NCBI GenBank assembly: GCA_001785985.1
Contig: MFVE01000005.1
Coordinates: 233,771-297,770 of the forward strand
DNA from: Candidatus Nomurabacteria bacterium RIFCSPLOWO2_01_FULL_42_17
GTDB lineage: Bacteria > Patescibacteriota > Minisyncoccia > Phycocordibacterales > UBA9973
Direction: 5' to 3'
Length of the DNA: 64,000 bases
Part shown: in pieces, positions 53,747-64,000 of the stretch
Layout: the number at the start of each line of letters is the position of its first letter
Numbering within the stretch: the first letter of the stretch is position 1
Notes under the pieces: generated by a model
Seen by the model: the letters and a program-made list of their open reading frames with translations, nothing else
Databases searched by the model: none
Told to the model about the DNA's origin: nothing
Position numbers and translations under genes: made by a program

Positions 53747-54094
53747 TTAGTATATTAATTTATAATTTTTCTCATCCGTATATCCAAATTTATCTTTGGC
53801 GGTTATATTGATTATATTATAGCCTACCAGCAGGGCAAAAGTCTCGTTAAAATCACCCTCTTTATTTATGGAAATTTCCCGGCCGTTTAGGGTCAAGTTT
53901 ATCGCATTCTTTGCATTGCCGGTGATTTTCAGAATATTATCTCCAACTTTTGCGCCATCTGTGAGATTTACATTTTTTATTTGCACCCCGAAGATCAAGT
54001 CATGAGAGCGAAAAAAGGCGTAGATCAGAATCAAAAGAAAAAAAATAGAAAGGGCGGATATTTGTAACACCTTTTTAGATAATATTCTCTCCAT
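53747..54094 (-). CDS. Hypothetical secreted/membrane protein (115 aa)
   Basis: N-terminal hydrophobic segment. No family recognised. It overlaps the ftsK 3' end by 20 nt. Confidence 0.35.
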   Translation of the reverse strand: MERILSKKVLQISALSIFFLLILIYAFFRSHDLIFGVQIKNVNLTDGAKVGDNILKITGNAKNAINLTLNGREISINKEGDFNETFALLVGYNIINITAKDKFGYTDEKNYKLIY

Positions 54095-56297
54095 TTTCAG
54101 TGCGTTCGATTTTTTCTAATACTTCTCTTGGTTTGGCGCCATCTCCCGGGCCAATTACTCCTTTTTCTTCGAGTCTATCCATCAACCTGGCCGCTCTCGC
54201 ATAGCCTAACTTTAATTTTCTCTGCAGATAAGAAGTGGATGCGCGGCCCGCTTCGATGACGCAGATCCTCGCCTCCTCATAGAGCTCATCATCGTCTTCC
54301 GAGTCTTCATCTTCAAGCGTGCTTTCGAAAATGCTTTTATCGGCGGATATTGAACCAGAAGTCAGAGCGATTTCCTCGGATATCTCATCTTTATATTCAT
54401 CGGCCAAATATTTGACGACTTTTTTCACTTCCGCTTCTGAAATAAACGCGCTCTGCAAGCGCTCGGGCTGAGCTTCGCCCGAAGAATAGAGCATATCGCC
54501 GGCGCCCAAAAGTTTTTCCGCTCCGCCTGCGTCTAAAATCGTGCGCGAATCCACCTGTGAAGACACTTTCAAAGCGATGCGGGCCGGAATATTGGCCTTG
54601 ATCAGACCAGTAATGACATTTACTTCGGGCCGCTGAGTGGAAAGTATCAGATGAATGCCGACGGCTCTGGACATTTGCGCTAAGCGTACGATCGCCGCTT
54701 CCAGCTCTCTCGGGTACGAGCTCATTATATCTGCCAATTCGTCTATAATGATGACGATGTAGGGGAGGCGGTCAGGACCCGCTTCTTCACTGTCATTTTT
54801 TGTTTTAGCTTTGCCAAAGACATTGTTGTGATATGACTCGATGTCTCGCACACTCTCGGATTCCAAGATATCATAACGGCGGTCCATTTCTTTTGCTGCC
54901 CACTTTAGAGCCAGAATTGTCTTTTTGGCCTCAGTGATCACGGGCGTAAGCAAGTGCGGAATATTGTTATAAAGAGTCAATTCTACGCGTTTTGGATCTA
55001 TCAGGATGAATTTCAAGTCATCCGGGCCATTTCGGTATAAGAGAGAAGTGATCATGGAGTGGATCGTGACTGATTTTCCAGATCCGGTCGTGCCGGCGAC
55101 CAGCGCGTGTGGCATCTTGGCAAGGTTGCCAAATACTGATTTGCCTCCTATGTTGCGGCCGAGGGCGATGGTGAGCGGTTTGGCCGAATTTTGGAATTTA
55201 TCATCAGCGAGAAGAGTAGCTAGGCCGACTAGGGACTTTGTTCTATTAGGAATTTCAATTCCAACCAAAGATTTTCCCGGGATCGGCGCTTCTATGCGTA
55301 GCGGATGCGCCGCGAGCGCTAGCGAGAGGTCATTCGTCAGAGCGATAATGCGAGAGAGTTTCATTCCTTCGGCTGGTTTCAGCGCATAACGGGTGACGGT
55401 CGGTCCGATTGTTATCTCGTCCATTTCTACTTCGATGCCAAAGTTTAGGAGGGTGCGCTTTATTATATTTGCATTCGCTTTTATGTCGCCCGTGTTTGGT
55501 TTGCCTTGATCTTCCTCTAGGAGTGACAGCGGGGGAGGGGTGTAGTTAGGCGCTAGGCCATAGGCTTTAGGCTTTAGCTTTTTGAATTCTATCTCGTCTT
55601 CTTGTTCCACATCTTTATTCAGGCCCAATGCTTTTTTGACTTTCTCCTTCACGCTTTCTTTGTTTTCTTCTTCAGAATCCTGATCCTCTTCATCTTCGCC
55701 CTCTTCTAGTTCCTCTTCTTTGGGTTTCTCAATCTCCAGAGAGTCTTCGGCGTCAGCGAGTTTTTTTCTTGTTATAAAAGCCCAGAGTTTCTTAAATCCT
55801 GACGTTAATTGGAGTGGTTCATTGAATATCAAGAGAATCGAGATTATTAAAATTGCCCCGAGGAAAATAATGCTGACATATATATCAAACAGTGTCACGA
55901 GCGGTATGGATAAAATTTCTCCAAATAGTCCGCCGGCATGCCTGCCTACTCCAAAGGAGTCTGTGCCCGAAGCGATGTCGATGATGCCTAGACTCGAAAG
56001 TAGAAACATTACTGCGCTGATGCCACTCCTCCAGCCGATATCCGGAGTTCGCGATTTGATGAAGGAAATTCCAAGTAAAATAAAAAGAGTGGGGAGGAGC
56101 AGGTCGCCGATGCCGAGCAAGAGGTGAAGCTTTTCATTAACAAATGCGCCGGCGACTCCTGCGACATTGAATTTAGACATCAAAAAGAAAGTTGCTAAAA
56201 CAAAAAAAATGATCGCTATAATTATGTTTTTTGTTTGAGTTTTTATTCCGTCTCCGGAATCTTTGTCATCTTTTTTTTCTTTTTCCCTTTTTGCCAT
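54075..56297 (-). CDS. ftsK: DNA translocase FtsK/SpoIIIE
   Basis: N-terminal TM helices, an acidic linker, the motor domain with Walker A (HALVAGTTGSGKSV) and a gamma-domain wHTH at the C-terminus. Confidence 0.9.
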   Translation of the reverse strand: MAKREKEKKDDKDSGDGIKTQTKNIIIAIIFFVLATFFLMSKFNVAGVAGAFVNEKLHLLLGIGDLLLPTLFILLGISFIKSRTPDIGWRSGISAVMFLLSSLGIIDIASGTDSFGVGRHAGGLFGEILSIPLVTLFDIYVSIIFLGAILIISILLIFNEPLQLTSGFKKLWAFITRKKLADAEDSLEIEKPKEEELEEGEDEEDQDSEEENKESVKEKVKKALGLNKDVEQEDEIEFKKLKPKAYGLAPNYTPPPLSLLEEDQGKPNTGDIKANANIIKRTLLNFGIEVEMDEITIGPTVTRYALKPAEGMKLSRIIALTNDLSLALAAHPLRIEAPIPGKSLVGIEIPNRTKSLVGLATLLADDKFQNSAKPLTIALGRNIGGKSVFGNLAKMPHALVAGTTGSGKSVTIHSMITSLLYRNGPDDLKFILIDPKRVELTLYNNIPHLLTPVITEAKKTILALKWAAKEMDRRYDILESESVRDIESYHNNVFGKAKTKNDSEEAGPDRLPYIVIIIDELADIMSSYPRELEAAIVRLAQMSRAVGIHLILSTQRPEVNVITGLIKANIPARIALKVSSQVDSRTILDAGGAEKLLGAGDMLYSSGEAQPERLQSAFISEAEVKKVVKYLADEYKDEISEEIALTSGSISADKSIFESTLEDEDSEDDDELYEEARICVIEAGRASTSYLQRKLKLGYARAARLMDRLEEKGVIGPGDGAKPREVLEKIERTENGENII

Positions 56298-56311
56298 GTG
56301 AGTATTTTAGC

Positions 56312-56400
56312 ATAAATTAGCTTTCTAGCTAAATAGCTTCTTAGCTTCTTAGAAAGGTTAGAGAATCCGTAAAAAGCTAACAAGCTAAAAAGCTAACTAA
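56312..56400. promoter_or_regulatory. Imperfect long inverted repeat of TTAGCTT / AAGCTAA units in the divergent ftsK/56460 promoter region
   Basis: tagctttctagctaaatagcttcttagcttcttag ... aaagctaacaagctaaaaagctaactaagct. Confidence 0.3.
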
Positions 56401-56459
56401 GCTCGAGAAAAATGCTATTGCATTTTTCTTTGTCCTAGATATAATGGACAACATCAGCC

Positions 56460-57251
56460 ATGAATAAAGACATGCATAAAAATCTCAGCGACACTCTAAA
56501 GGACACGAAAAATGTGCCTACCTCATATCAATCGGAAGCACTTCGTGCAAGCTTCTACAACAAGGCTCAAAAGCTTATTACTGCGCTTTACATGGTAACG
56601 GACATAATAGAAAAAGAAGAACCAATTAGGTTTAGATTAAGGACATTAGGGTTAGAAATTCTATCGGACATATCTGCCATGTCAAGGTCGAACCTTGATA
56701 CGAGCGGAAAGGTTGATCAGATGATGTCCTTTTTAAACATTGCTTCTGCTATGAATTTTATTTCCGAAATGAACTACGCGATTCTCAATAAAGAATTTAT
56801 TGCGTTAAAGGGTTCTATCCAGGAATCAACACAAATAAAGCCTATGTGGCTCGAAGAGTTTTTGACTGAACCTCCCGTCCTTGAGGAATTTAAATCTTCC
56901 GCCAAAGGCGGATCCGCCTCGGGCGGAAAAGGACACACTAGAATTGGTGTCCAAAAGGGAAGTACTTTGCTGAGAGCACTAAATAAAGTGTCCGATAAGA
57001 ATCCTGCCACGCCTGCTCAAGATTTTGAGATGCTAAGAAAAGAAAGAAGATATAATATAGTTACTATAATTAAAAATAATGGAGGGAGCGCCACTATAAA
57101 GGACATCAAGGACAAGGCAGAGACTGAGGTAAAGGGGTCCTTTACTTTCAGCGAAAAAACATTACAAAGAGAGCTCATGTCCATGACCAAAGATGGTGTC
57201 CTTAATAAGACTGGTGAGAAGCGATGGAGCAGGTATTTCATTAGGGCCTAG
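56460..57251 (+). CDS. Hypothetical protein with a C-terminal winged-helix-like domain
   Basis: The C-terminal region (RYNIVTIIKNNGGSATIKDIKDKAE...LQRELMSMTKDGVLNKTGEKRWSRY) looks like a wHTH. Confidence 0.4.
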   Translation: MNKDMHKNLSDTLKDTKNVPTSYQSEALRASFYNKAQKLITALYMVTDIIEKEEPIRFRLRTLGLEILSDISAMSRSNLDTSGKVDQMMSFLNIASAMNFISEMNYAILNKEFIALKGSIQESTQIKPMWLEEFLTEPPVLEEFKSSAKGGSASGGKGHTRIGVQKGSTLLRALNKVSDKNPATPAQDFEMLRKERRYNIVTIIKNNGGSATIKDIKDKAETEVKGSFTFSEKTLQRELMSMTKDGVLNKTGEKRWSRYFIRA

Positions 57252-57682
57252 CTTCTAGGTGCTAGTAACTAGGTTTTCTTGCTTTTTGCTTAAAAGTATA
57301 CTAATATAGGCATATGGAGCTTGCTCGCCGACAAGGCGAGTTATCCACATAATATCTTGCTCTATATTTGAGTGATGTATTATAATGTATTTGTATTTGT
57401 TTTCACTTTATTTTTCGCTTGCGATTTCGTCGAAAAAATTCCAAGTGATAATAAAGAGAAATAGATAGCCCGCTTTAGTTTCAAAAGCTTTGGCGCGGTG
57501 AAGGTCATTGAAAACCGAATAGCTATGTTTTCAATGTAAGGTTATATCTGTTCATTGTTTATTTGTCCGCCGCATTATTAACAATTATTAGTTTATTGGC
57601 GGATGAGAAATAGTGATAGAAAAATACGCTTTTAGTTTTGTCGAAACTTATTAATGGCGTAGAAAAATTAGAAAAATTTATG

Positions 57683-59701
57683 AGTAATATATTAAACTTA
57701 AAAGGAGTAAAGTTTTTTGCCATCATCGTGTTGGCAGTGGCTCTACTCGCGACATTCGGAATTGCCGCACAACAGGCAAGCGCGGATACAGTTTCGCTTT
57801 CTTCATGTCCTACCTTGAGACAAGGTTCGAGTGGTGATTGCGTTATGACTCTCCAAGCAATGCTTGACGGAGGTTTGGTAAGTGATGGAAAGTTTGGTCC
57901 GAAGACTGCATTAGCAGTTTCCGTGTTCCAAGCTGCCCACAATCTTACCGCTGACGCAGTTGTCGGTCCTATGACTAAGGCAGCATTGATGGGTTCAGTA
58001 GCTACTGGAAACTTTCCAGCAGGCTGTACGTCAGCTGCAGGTTATAGTTCTACAACTGGAGTAAAATGCGATACTGGACCTTCGACTGGACTTCCAGCTG
58101 GATGTTCTACAACCGCAGGATATTCTCCTCTAACCGGTGCAAAGTGTGATAGTAGTGTTCCAGCAACTCCTTCCGGTCCTTTGGCTGGTGGAGCAGGAGA
58201 CATTACTCTAACTCTACGCGGAACTTATTCTGGTGAAGAAGTTGGCGAAGGGGAGAAAAATGTAAAAGTTCTCGCAGTTGATGTTGAAGCTGATGATGAC
58301 TCTGATGTAGAACTTGATTCAGTTAAGGTTGAGTTCTTCCAGGCAACAACAGCTGACGACCGAGATTTACCAGATTACGCAAGCGAGGTGTCAGTATGGC
58401 TTAAGGGAGTAAAAGTTGGTAGTGCTGATACAAGCGACTTTACAGAATCATCTAACTTCTTTTCTAAATCAATCAACCTTGACGGTGCGATTGTAAGAGC
58501 AGGAGATGAGGATGAGCTAGTGATAGCCGTTTCAGCTAATAGTAGCCTAGACAGTGGTGATATTGATACAGATGCATGGCAGGTAGATATCGTAAGTGTT
58601 CGCTTTACCGATGCTTCTGGAGTTACTACCACTGAGTCAGGTTCCGCTGCAGCTACGGCTGGAGCTGGTACATACGGAAAACTATTTGACTTTGCTTCTT
58701 TTGCTACCGCAAATGACGCAGAGTTGACATTGTCTCTTGATGATGAAGAAATTAACGATGTTCATCTTCTTGATTCTGACGATACAGATGACACAGATCA
58801 CGCGATTACATCAGTTCTTTTTGATGCATCAGGTGATTCAGACATCTGGGTAGATGAAGTTGTAGCAACCATTACAACAACTGGAGAGGCAAATGAATCT
58901 CTTATTGTTGTCTCTACATGGATAGAGGTAGATGGAGTACGCATCAGTGAAAAAGAGACTGTTGCTGACGCAGGAGCTATAACTTACGATGATCTTGATT
59001 ACACGATTGACGCTGGAGATGAAAAAGAATTCATTTTCTGGGTAACTATGCAGAATGTTGATGGAGCGCTTGATGAAGGCGATACCGTTCAACTTACTGT
59101 TACTACCGCTTCAACCGTAGCAGAAGACGAAGCTGGAGATACAGTTACAGCTGCAGGATCAAACCCTGTCGGTGGAGTGCATCTTCTATACAATGACGGT
59201 TTCCGACTTGTCGGACACAGTCAAGTCGCAACCGCCTTCAGTACTGATGGTGTAAATAACGACCGCGTAGAGCTTGAGCTTATCTTTGACGTGTTTAACT
59301 ATGGTGATGTAACATTGTATATTCCTGATGGCGATACCTTTACTAGTACATCAACGAGTTCTAATGTTAGTGCACCAAGCACGACTGAGGAAGTGGGATA
59401 CCACATCCAGACTTCTGGAACGGTAACACCTCCATCAGCTCAGGTTTCCGCAGTGTTGACTGAGAGTGATTCTGATCTTACTCTAAAGACCAATTCATAT
59501 GAATTGAAGTCAGGAAAGACAGGAACATTCAACCTGAAAGTTACTATTTCGGCAGACGAGAATCCATCAATTGATAACGTTGGATTCCGAGCATTACTAA
59601 CAGGACTTGGCTGGGCAACATCTGATGTTGCTACAGCTGCTGTAGTGTACACTGCTGATCTAGGAGACTACAAGACAAATTACGCAACAATTGCTGACTA
59701 A
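57683..59701 (+). CDS. Secreted surface protein with a peptidoglycan-binding domain and three Cys-repeat units
   Basis: Signal peptide, a PG_binding_1-like CPTLRQGSSGDCVMTLQAML...GKFGPKT, three GC(T/S)..AGYS..TG.KCD repeats and a long acidic T/S/D-rich region. The tracked ORF starts at 57638. Confidence 0.55.
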   Translation, partial: SNILNLKGVKFFAIIVLAVALLATFGIAAQQASADTVSLSSCPTLRQGSSGDCVMTLQAMLDGGLVSDGKFGPKTALAVSVFQAAHNLTADAVVGPMTKAALMGSVATGNFPAGCTSAAGYSSTTGVKCDTGPSTGLPAGCSTTAGYSPLTGAKCDSSVPATPSGPLAGGAGDITLTLRGTYSGEEVGEGEKNVKVLAVDVEADDDSDVELDSVKVEFFQATTADDRDLPDYASEVSVWLKGVKVGSADTSDFTESSNFFSKSINLDGAIVRAGDEDELVIAVSANSSLDSGDIDTDAWQVDIVSVRFTDASGVTTTESGSAAATAGAGTYGKLFDFASFATANDAELTLSLDDEEINDVHLLDSDDTDDTDHAITSVLFDASGDSDIWVDEVVATITTTGEANESLIVVSTWIEVDGVRISEKETVADAGAITYDDLDYTIDAGDEKEFIFWVTMQNVDGALDEGDTVQLTVTTASTVAEDEAGDTVTAAGSNPVGGVHLLYNDGFRLVGHSQVATAFSTDGVNNDRVELELIFDVFNYGDVTLYIPDGDTFTSTSTSSNVSAPSTTEEVGYHIQTSGTVTPPSAQVSAVLTESDSDLTLKTNSYELKSGKTGTFNLKVTISADENPSIDNVGFRALLTGLGWATSDVATAAVVYTADLGDYKTNYATIAD

Positions 59702-59744
59702 GGTCACTCTTGTCTCGTAGTTGCTTGATAGAATCAACAAAAAA

Positions 59745-59771
59745 CCACCCCAATAAAAGGGGTGGTTTTTT
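59745..59771 (+). terminator. Rho-independent terminator (ccacccc-aataaaa-ggggtgg followed by ttttttg)
   Basis: Seen directly, about 40 nt after the stop at 59701. Confidence 0.75.
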
Positions 59772-59818
59772 GTTGTGTATTTGAATTTATGATTTAAATG
59801 ATGTAATATGATGCTTAT

Positions 59819-61846
59819 ATGGAGGATAATACAAAAGATAGTCTATCACTAAAGATATTGCGAGTACTACTAATCAGTACTCCTTTTCTGTCTACTTTAA
59901 TATATATTCCAGGATTCACATTTCCCGGAAGTTTCCCTAAAGCTATATTCTTGTATATAGCTGTATCCATAATACTTGTTGTTTGGTTAATAAATATATA
60001 TAGATCGGGTGTTGTTGTGTTTAAAAAAAACTGGATAACTATAGCTGTATTCGTTTATATTTTAGTACTTTTTATTGGAGGGGTAGCTAGCGGGCACTTT
60101 GAAGAGTCCTTTTTCGGGGCTATTAGTCGTATGACTGGAATTGCCACCATGCTTTATATTTCCGGCTGGTATCTAGTAGCTTCTTCGGTATTAAAACCCC
60201 ACCACTTTACATATGTATTTCGAACGTTACTATTTTCAGGAGCTATTTTAGCGGTTATTTCTTTCTTGGGGATTAACGGTTTTAATTTGAAAGCGTTTAG
60301 TTTCTTGGAGCAAGGAGGGTCGTTATTCTCAAATAACACGTTTTCTGGAATTTATTATGTCTTTGCTTTTTTCTTTGGTGCTATATTATTTACAAAAAAG
60401 GACTCATTGAAGTGGCAAATATCATATGCGCTAGCCATGCTTGTTATTCTCATAAATCCTGACATTTTTAATTTTCAAATCTGGCAAAATATTGGAATGG
60501 TTAAAGAACTTTTTAGCCATCCTTTGCTTGTTTTAGGAACGGCGCGCGCTTCTGCTGCTGTGATGGGTATAGGGATCATTCTCACTCTCGTACTGTATGT
60601 CATTCATCGAATCCGTGTATCCGCCCTTGTTAAGGGCGTCTTATTTTCTTTTATTATGCTGGTATTGATAGGCATTTCTCTCGGGTTTGTGGGATCTACG
60701 ATTGCGCAAAAAGGGTTTGGAGCTGATTTTTTTGCAAGTCAAAATGATTTTCATCGCCCAACAGCCTGGAAGCAAGTAGCTAGCGGATTTTCAAATAGGC
60801 CACTGTTGGGATATGGTATCAATAATGTTGAATATGCTTTTCAAGATACACTAGGCCCAGAAATTCCATTTATAAAAGGAGATAAATGGTTTGATAAAGC
60901 GCACAACATTTGGCTAGACCTCGCGCTAGAAACAGGTATATTGGGTATTCTTAGTGTAATAATTTTATTTATTTTAGCTTGCTGGTATTCATTTAAACAT
61001 TATCGTGATACCCGCGACATATCTCTCCCTCTTGTTTTATTGTTGTTGGTTTTACATCTTATTCAAATACAAACCTCGTTTAATCTTGTTACGAGCATGT
61101 TTATGATATTTATACTATTTGCATATGTGTCGTCATTTAGTGGAGAGGAGATTTCTTATAGTATCTCGTCGCATAGGACTAAGTTGATAACATTGTGTGC
61201 TCTGGCTGTGCTAATTATAGGAGCAATGATATTTACTGCAATTATCCCCGCGAAACATAGTCGAGAACTTGTTGGCGCTCTCGTTTCGGCTAATTTTGAA
61301 AGACGTATGAATATGTATAAATCCTCATATTCAATATATGGCTATTCCGCATATTATGTTTACTTCGTAACTGAACAATTCACAAATGCATTACTTGAGA
61401 ACCCTGCTGAATTTGACAACGATGAAGCAAGAAAAGGAATAGCAGTTGAATATAATGCAATGATAGATTTATACGAGGCACATTATAATCAGTATAGAGA
61501 CAATTTGAGATACAATATGAACTATGCGCATACTATTTTTATTGCAAGATTGTTTGGTGTAGATCGTTTGGATCGTGCCGGAGCATTGATTGCACGAGCT
61601 CAAGAACTCTCAACTAGAATTCCCCAGGTATTTTGGCTAGCATCTCTCCATGCCAAGTATACCGGCAATGAGAAATTGGCTTTGGAGGAAGCCGATAAGG
61701 CAATTGTATTATGTGAAGCTGTTCGCGCAAAGTTTGATGAAAATCAGTTAGGTCATTTTTGTGGCGTATCGTACAGTCTGCGTGGTTTTCTAGAAAAAAC
61801 CAAGGGCTTAAAAAATAAACTTTATTTTCATTTACAAGAGGTATAG
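59819..61846 (+). CDS. O-antigen ligase/polymerase-family (Wzy_C) membrane protein with a C-terminal TPR-like extension
   Basis: About 12 TM helices and the loop motif WFDKAHNIWLDLALETGILG (the H-N...E.G signature). A soluble helical C-terminal domain follows. Confidence 0.5.
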   Translation: MEDNTKDSLSLKILRVLLISTPFLSTLIYIPGFTFPGSFPKAIFLYIAVSIILVVWLINIYRSGVVVFKKNWITIAVFVYILVLFIGGVASGHFEESFFGAISRMTGIATMLYISGWYLVASSVLKPHHFTYVFRTLLFSGAILAVISFLGINGFNLKAFSFLEQGGSLFSNNTFSGIYYVFAFFFGAILFTKKDSLKWQISYALAMLVILINPDIFNFQIWQNIGMVKELFSHPLLVLGTARASAAVMGIGIILTLVLYVIHRIRVSALVKGVLFSFIMLVLIGISLGFVGSTIAQKGFGADFFASQNDFHRPTAWKQVASGFSNRPLLGYGINNVEYAFQDTLGPEIPFIKGDKWFDKAHNIWLDLALETGILGILSVIILFILACWYSFKHYRDTRDISLPLVLLLLVLHLIQIQTSFNLVTSMFMIFILFAYVSSFSGEEISYSISSHRTKLITLCALAVLIIGAMIFTAIIPAKHSRELVGALVSANFERRMNMYKSSYSIYGYSAYYVYFVTEQFTNALLENPAEFDNDEARKGIAVEYNAMIDLYEAHYNQYRDNLRYNMNYAHTIFIARLFGVDRLDRAGALIARAQELSTRIPQVFWLASLHAKYTGNEKLALEEADKAIVLCEAVRAKFDENQLGHFCGVSYSLRGFLEKTKGLKNKLYFHLQEV

Positions 61847-61854
61847 TATTTATT

Positions 61855-62757
61855 ATGAAAATCATTGTTACCGGCGGGGCAGGGTTTATAGGGTCGCATA
61901 TTGCCGATGCACTTGTTGCTGAAGGGTATGAAGTGCACATTGTTGATAATTTATCATCTGGGAAAAAGGAAAATGTGAATTCAAAAGCAATTTTTCACAA
62001 TGTAGACATTCGAGATTATGCTAAATTGTTGCCGATATTTAAAGATGTAAAATATGTTTTTCATGAAGCGGCTTTACCCCAAGTGCAATATTCTATAGAA
62101 AATCCAATTGAAACTCATGAAATAAATGTTACCGGGCTATTGAATGTTTTAGAAGCTTCAAGATTAAATAATGTCCAAAGAGTCATTTTTGCTTCTTCTT
62201 CCGCTATTTATGGCAATCAAAAAACATTGCCACTTTTGGAAACGATGGAAGTATGTCCTCTTTCTCCATATGGAACGCATAAATATATCGGAGAAATTTA
62301 TTGTAGCTTATGGTCAAGAATTTACGGTTTGGAAACTGTCTCGCTAAGATATTTTAATGTTTATGGGCCGGGGCAATCTAGCACTGGCGCGTATGCTTCA
62401 GTTGTGCCAAGATTCATTGATTTCAAAAAAGAGGGCAAACCTTTGATGATTACAGCAGATGGCAAACAGACGCGCGACTTCATTAATGTAAAAGATATAG
62501 TTTCTGCTAATTTGAAAGCGATGAAATCTAAGAAAGTGGGCAAGGGTGAAGTTTTAAATATAGGCAGTACAGAGCGGACTTCTATTAATAAGATTGCGGA
62601 ACTGATAGGAGGTCGTGTAGAGTATATAGAGGCTCGGATTGAGCCTGCAGACACCCAGGCAGAGATAAATAAAGCTAAGGAATTATTAGACTGGGAGCCC
62701 AAAGTTTTACTATCCGAGGGGATCTCGGAGTTAAAGAGAATTAATAATTTAAATTAA
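61855..62757 (+). CDS. NAD-dependent sugar epimerase (UDP-glucose 4-epimerase-like, short-chain dehydrogenase fold)
   Basis: GGAGFIGSH, the Ser and YGTHK catalytic triad. Confidence 0.8.
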   Translation: MKIIVTGGAGFIGSHIADALVAEGYEVHIVDNLSSGKKENVNSKAIFHNVDIRDYAKLLPIFKDVKYVFHEAALPQVQYSIENPIETHEINVTGLLNVLEASRLNNVQRVIFASSSAIYGNQKTLPLLETMEVCPLSPYGTHKYIGEIYCSLWSRIYGLETVSLRYFNVYGPGQSSTGAYASVVPRFIDFKKEGKPLMITADGKQTRDFINVKDIVSANLKAMKSKKVGKGEVLNIGSTERTSINKIAELIGGRVEYIEARIEPADTQAEINKAKELLDWEPKVLLSEGISELKRINNLN

Positions 62758-62758
62758 T

Positions 62759-63727
62759 ATGAGCAATAAAAAAAGAGCATTAGTATGTGGTGCTGGAGGA
62801 TTTATTGGTAGCCACTTGGTAAAAAAATTAAAAAATGAAGGATATTGGGTGAGAGGCGTTGATCTAAAGAATCCAGATTTTAGTCCGACAGAAGCCGATG
62901 AATTTATCCTGGGTGATTTGCGGGATCAGACAGTATGCCGGAATGTCCTCGATCAATCGTTTGATGAGGTGTATCAATTGGCGGCTGATATGGGCGGTGC
63001 AGGTTATATTTTTACCGGAGAACATGATGCAGATGTGATGCATAATTCTGCATCTATTAATCTAAATATTGTTGAGCTTGCCCACAAGCAAAAAGTTGGC
63101 AAAATATTCTATTCTTCTTCTGCTTGTATGTACCCATCATACAACCAAGAAGATCCTAATAATCCAAAATGTTCTGAAGATTCTGCTTATCCAGCCGCAC
63201 CAGACAGTGAATATGGCTGGGAAAAACTTTTCAGTGAACGTCTTTATTTAAGTTATTTTCGTAACTATGGTTTGAATGTACGAATTGCCAGATTTCATAA
63301 TATTTTTGGACCTCTTGGAACATGGAAGGGTGGTAAAGAAAAAGCTCCTGCCGCACTTTGTAGAAAAGTTGCTGAAGCTAAAGATGGCGGAGAAATTGAG
63401 ATTTGGGGTGATGGCGAGCAGACACGTTCATTCCTGTATATTGATGAATGTATTGAAGGCGTGAGGCGTTTGATGGATTCTAATTTTACTGGACCTGTGA
63501 ATATTGGATCGGATGAAATGGTAACAATAAATCAATTAGCGAAGATGATTATGAAAAGCGCAGGTAAAAAACTTACCATAAAACATATTTCCGGACCTCT
63601 CGGTGTTCGGGGCAGGAATTCTGACAATACTCTCATTAAAGAGAAATTAAAATGGGCGCCGAGTCAACCACTTCAAGATGGATTAAAAATAACCTATGAG
63701 TGGATAAATAAGAAAATTAATCCTTAA
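62759..63727 (+). CDS. NAD-dependent epimerase/dehydratase (GDP-sugar epimerase-like)
   Basis: GAGGFIGSH and YGWEK (YxxxK). Confidence 0.75.
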   Translation: MSNKKRALVCGAGGFIGSHLVKKLKNEGYWVRGVDLKNPDFSPTEADEFILGDLRDQTVCRNVLDQSFDEVYQLAADMGGAGYIFTGEHDADVMHNSASINLNIVELAHKQKVGKIFYSSSACMYPSYNQEDPNNPKCSEDSAYPAAPDSEYGWEKLFSERLYLSYFRNYGLNVRIARFHNIFGPLGTWKGGKEKAPAALCRKVAEAKDGGEIEIWGDGEQTRSFLYIDECIEGVRRLMDSNFTGPVNIGSDEMVTINQLAKMIMKSAGKKLTIKHISGPLGVRGRNSDNTLIKEKLKWAPSQPLQDGLKITYEWINKKINP

Positions 63728-63736
63728 ATATAATTT

Positions 63737-64000
63737 ATGATCCAAGAAGAATTAAAAAATTTAATAGTTTATACCGGAGTTTTTTATCAAGACAATGAAA
63801 CTTACAGAACCCGCTCTCAAATATGGTTTAAGACTTTTGATAATGCGAAAAAACTGGGAATCAAAGTAGTTGTCAGAAATGACGGCGGTTTACCACTCGA
63901 GATGTTAGAAAGAATAAAAGCATATGACAACATAACTATCGTTGAAAAAGATCCATTAAAGAAAAATACTTTAGGAGGAGGAAGAAGAGAGGCTTTGCAA
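63737..64000 (+). CDS. Hypothetical protein, 5' part only (runs off the window)
   Basis: The ATG at 63737 follows the epimerase genes. No family recognised. Confidence 0.3.
   Translation, partial: MIQEELKNLIVYTGVFYQDNETYRTRSQIWFKTFDNAKKLGIKVVVRNDGGLPLEMLERIKAYDNITIVEKDPLKKNTLGGGRREALQ

Overview
This is a low-GC (roughly 35-40%), gene-dense chromosomal segment dominated by housekeeping genes on both strands.

- **Housekeeping genes recognised from motifs in the translations:** rny (partial), clpP, tig, ppa, nusA, tpiA, pgk, a HIT-family protein, recJ, rnhA, comEC, an Fe/Mn superoxide dismutase, glyA, tmk, dut, argS, ileS, recO, glyQS, an M16 peptidase, metG, tatD, rpsF-ssb-rpsR, efp, recA, ftsK and two NAD-dependent sugar epimerases.
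- **Type IV pilus cluster:** pilB, pilC, three prepilin-like genes and a large tip or adhesin-like protein, preceded by a Cys-rich secreted repeat protein.
- **Likely source (inference):** the content — pili plus competence genes, many aminoacyl-tRNA synthetases, large secreted or surface proteins, almost no biosynthesis, little Shine-Dalgarno usage — suggests a reduced genome of the Patescibacteria/CPR type.

Features the gene calls do not explain:
1. ileS carries a complete histidine-phosphatase (PGAM-like) domain inserted inside the synthetase core.
2. Three families of small GC-rich palindromic repeats are scattered through the window, several inserted in-frame in essential genes (recJ, metG, the ileS/ppa N-terminal regions, possibly tatD).
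3. There is an IS200-like Y1 (RAYT) transposase bracketed by REP-like palindromes, with a divergent TrpC-like passenger gene.
4. An MmeI-family single-chain (Type IIL) restriction-modification gene has an intact D-x10-E-x-K nuclease motif.
5. Three GC-rich (about 50%) putative foreign gene islands are present: one with its own promoter, operator and terminator inside the pilus operon, one between the two halves of ComEC, and one flanked by 12-bp direct repeats.
6. Twin 36-bp perfect palindromes with compensatory changes flank a PaaX/Cas2-fold regulator-like gene.

Coordinates derived by hand counting may be off by 1-2 nt.
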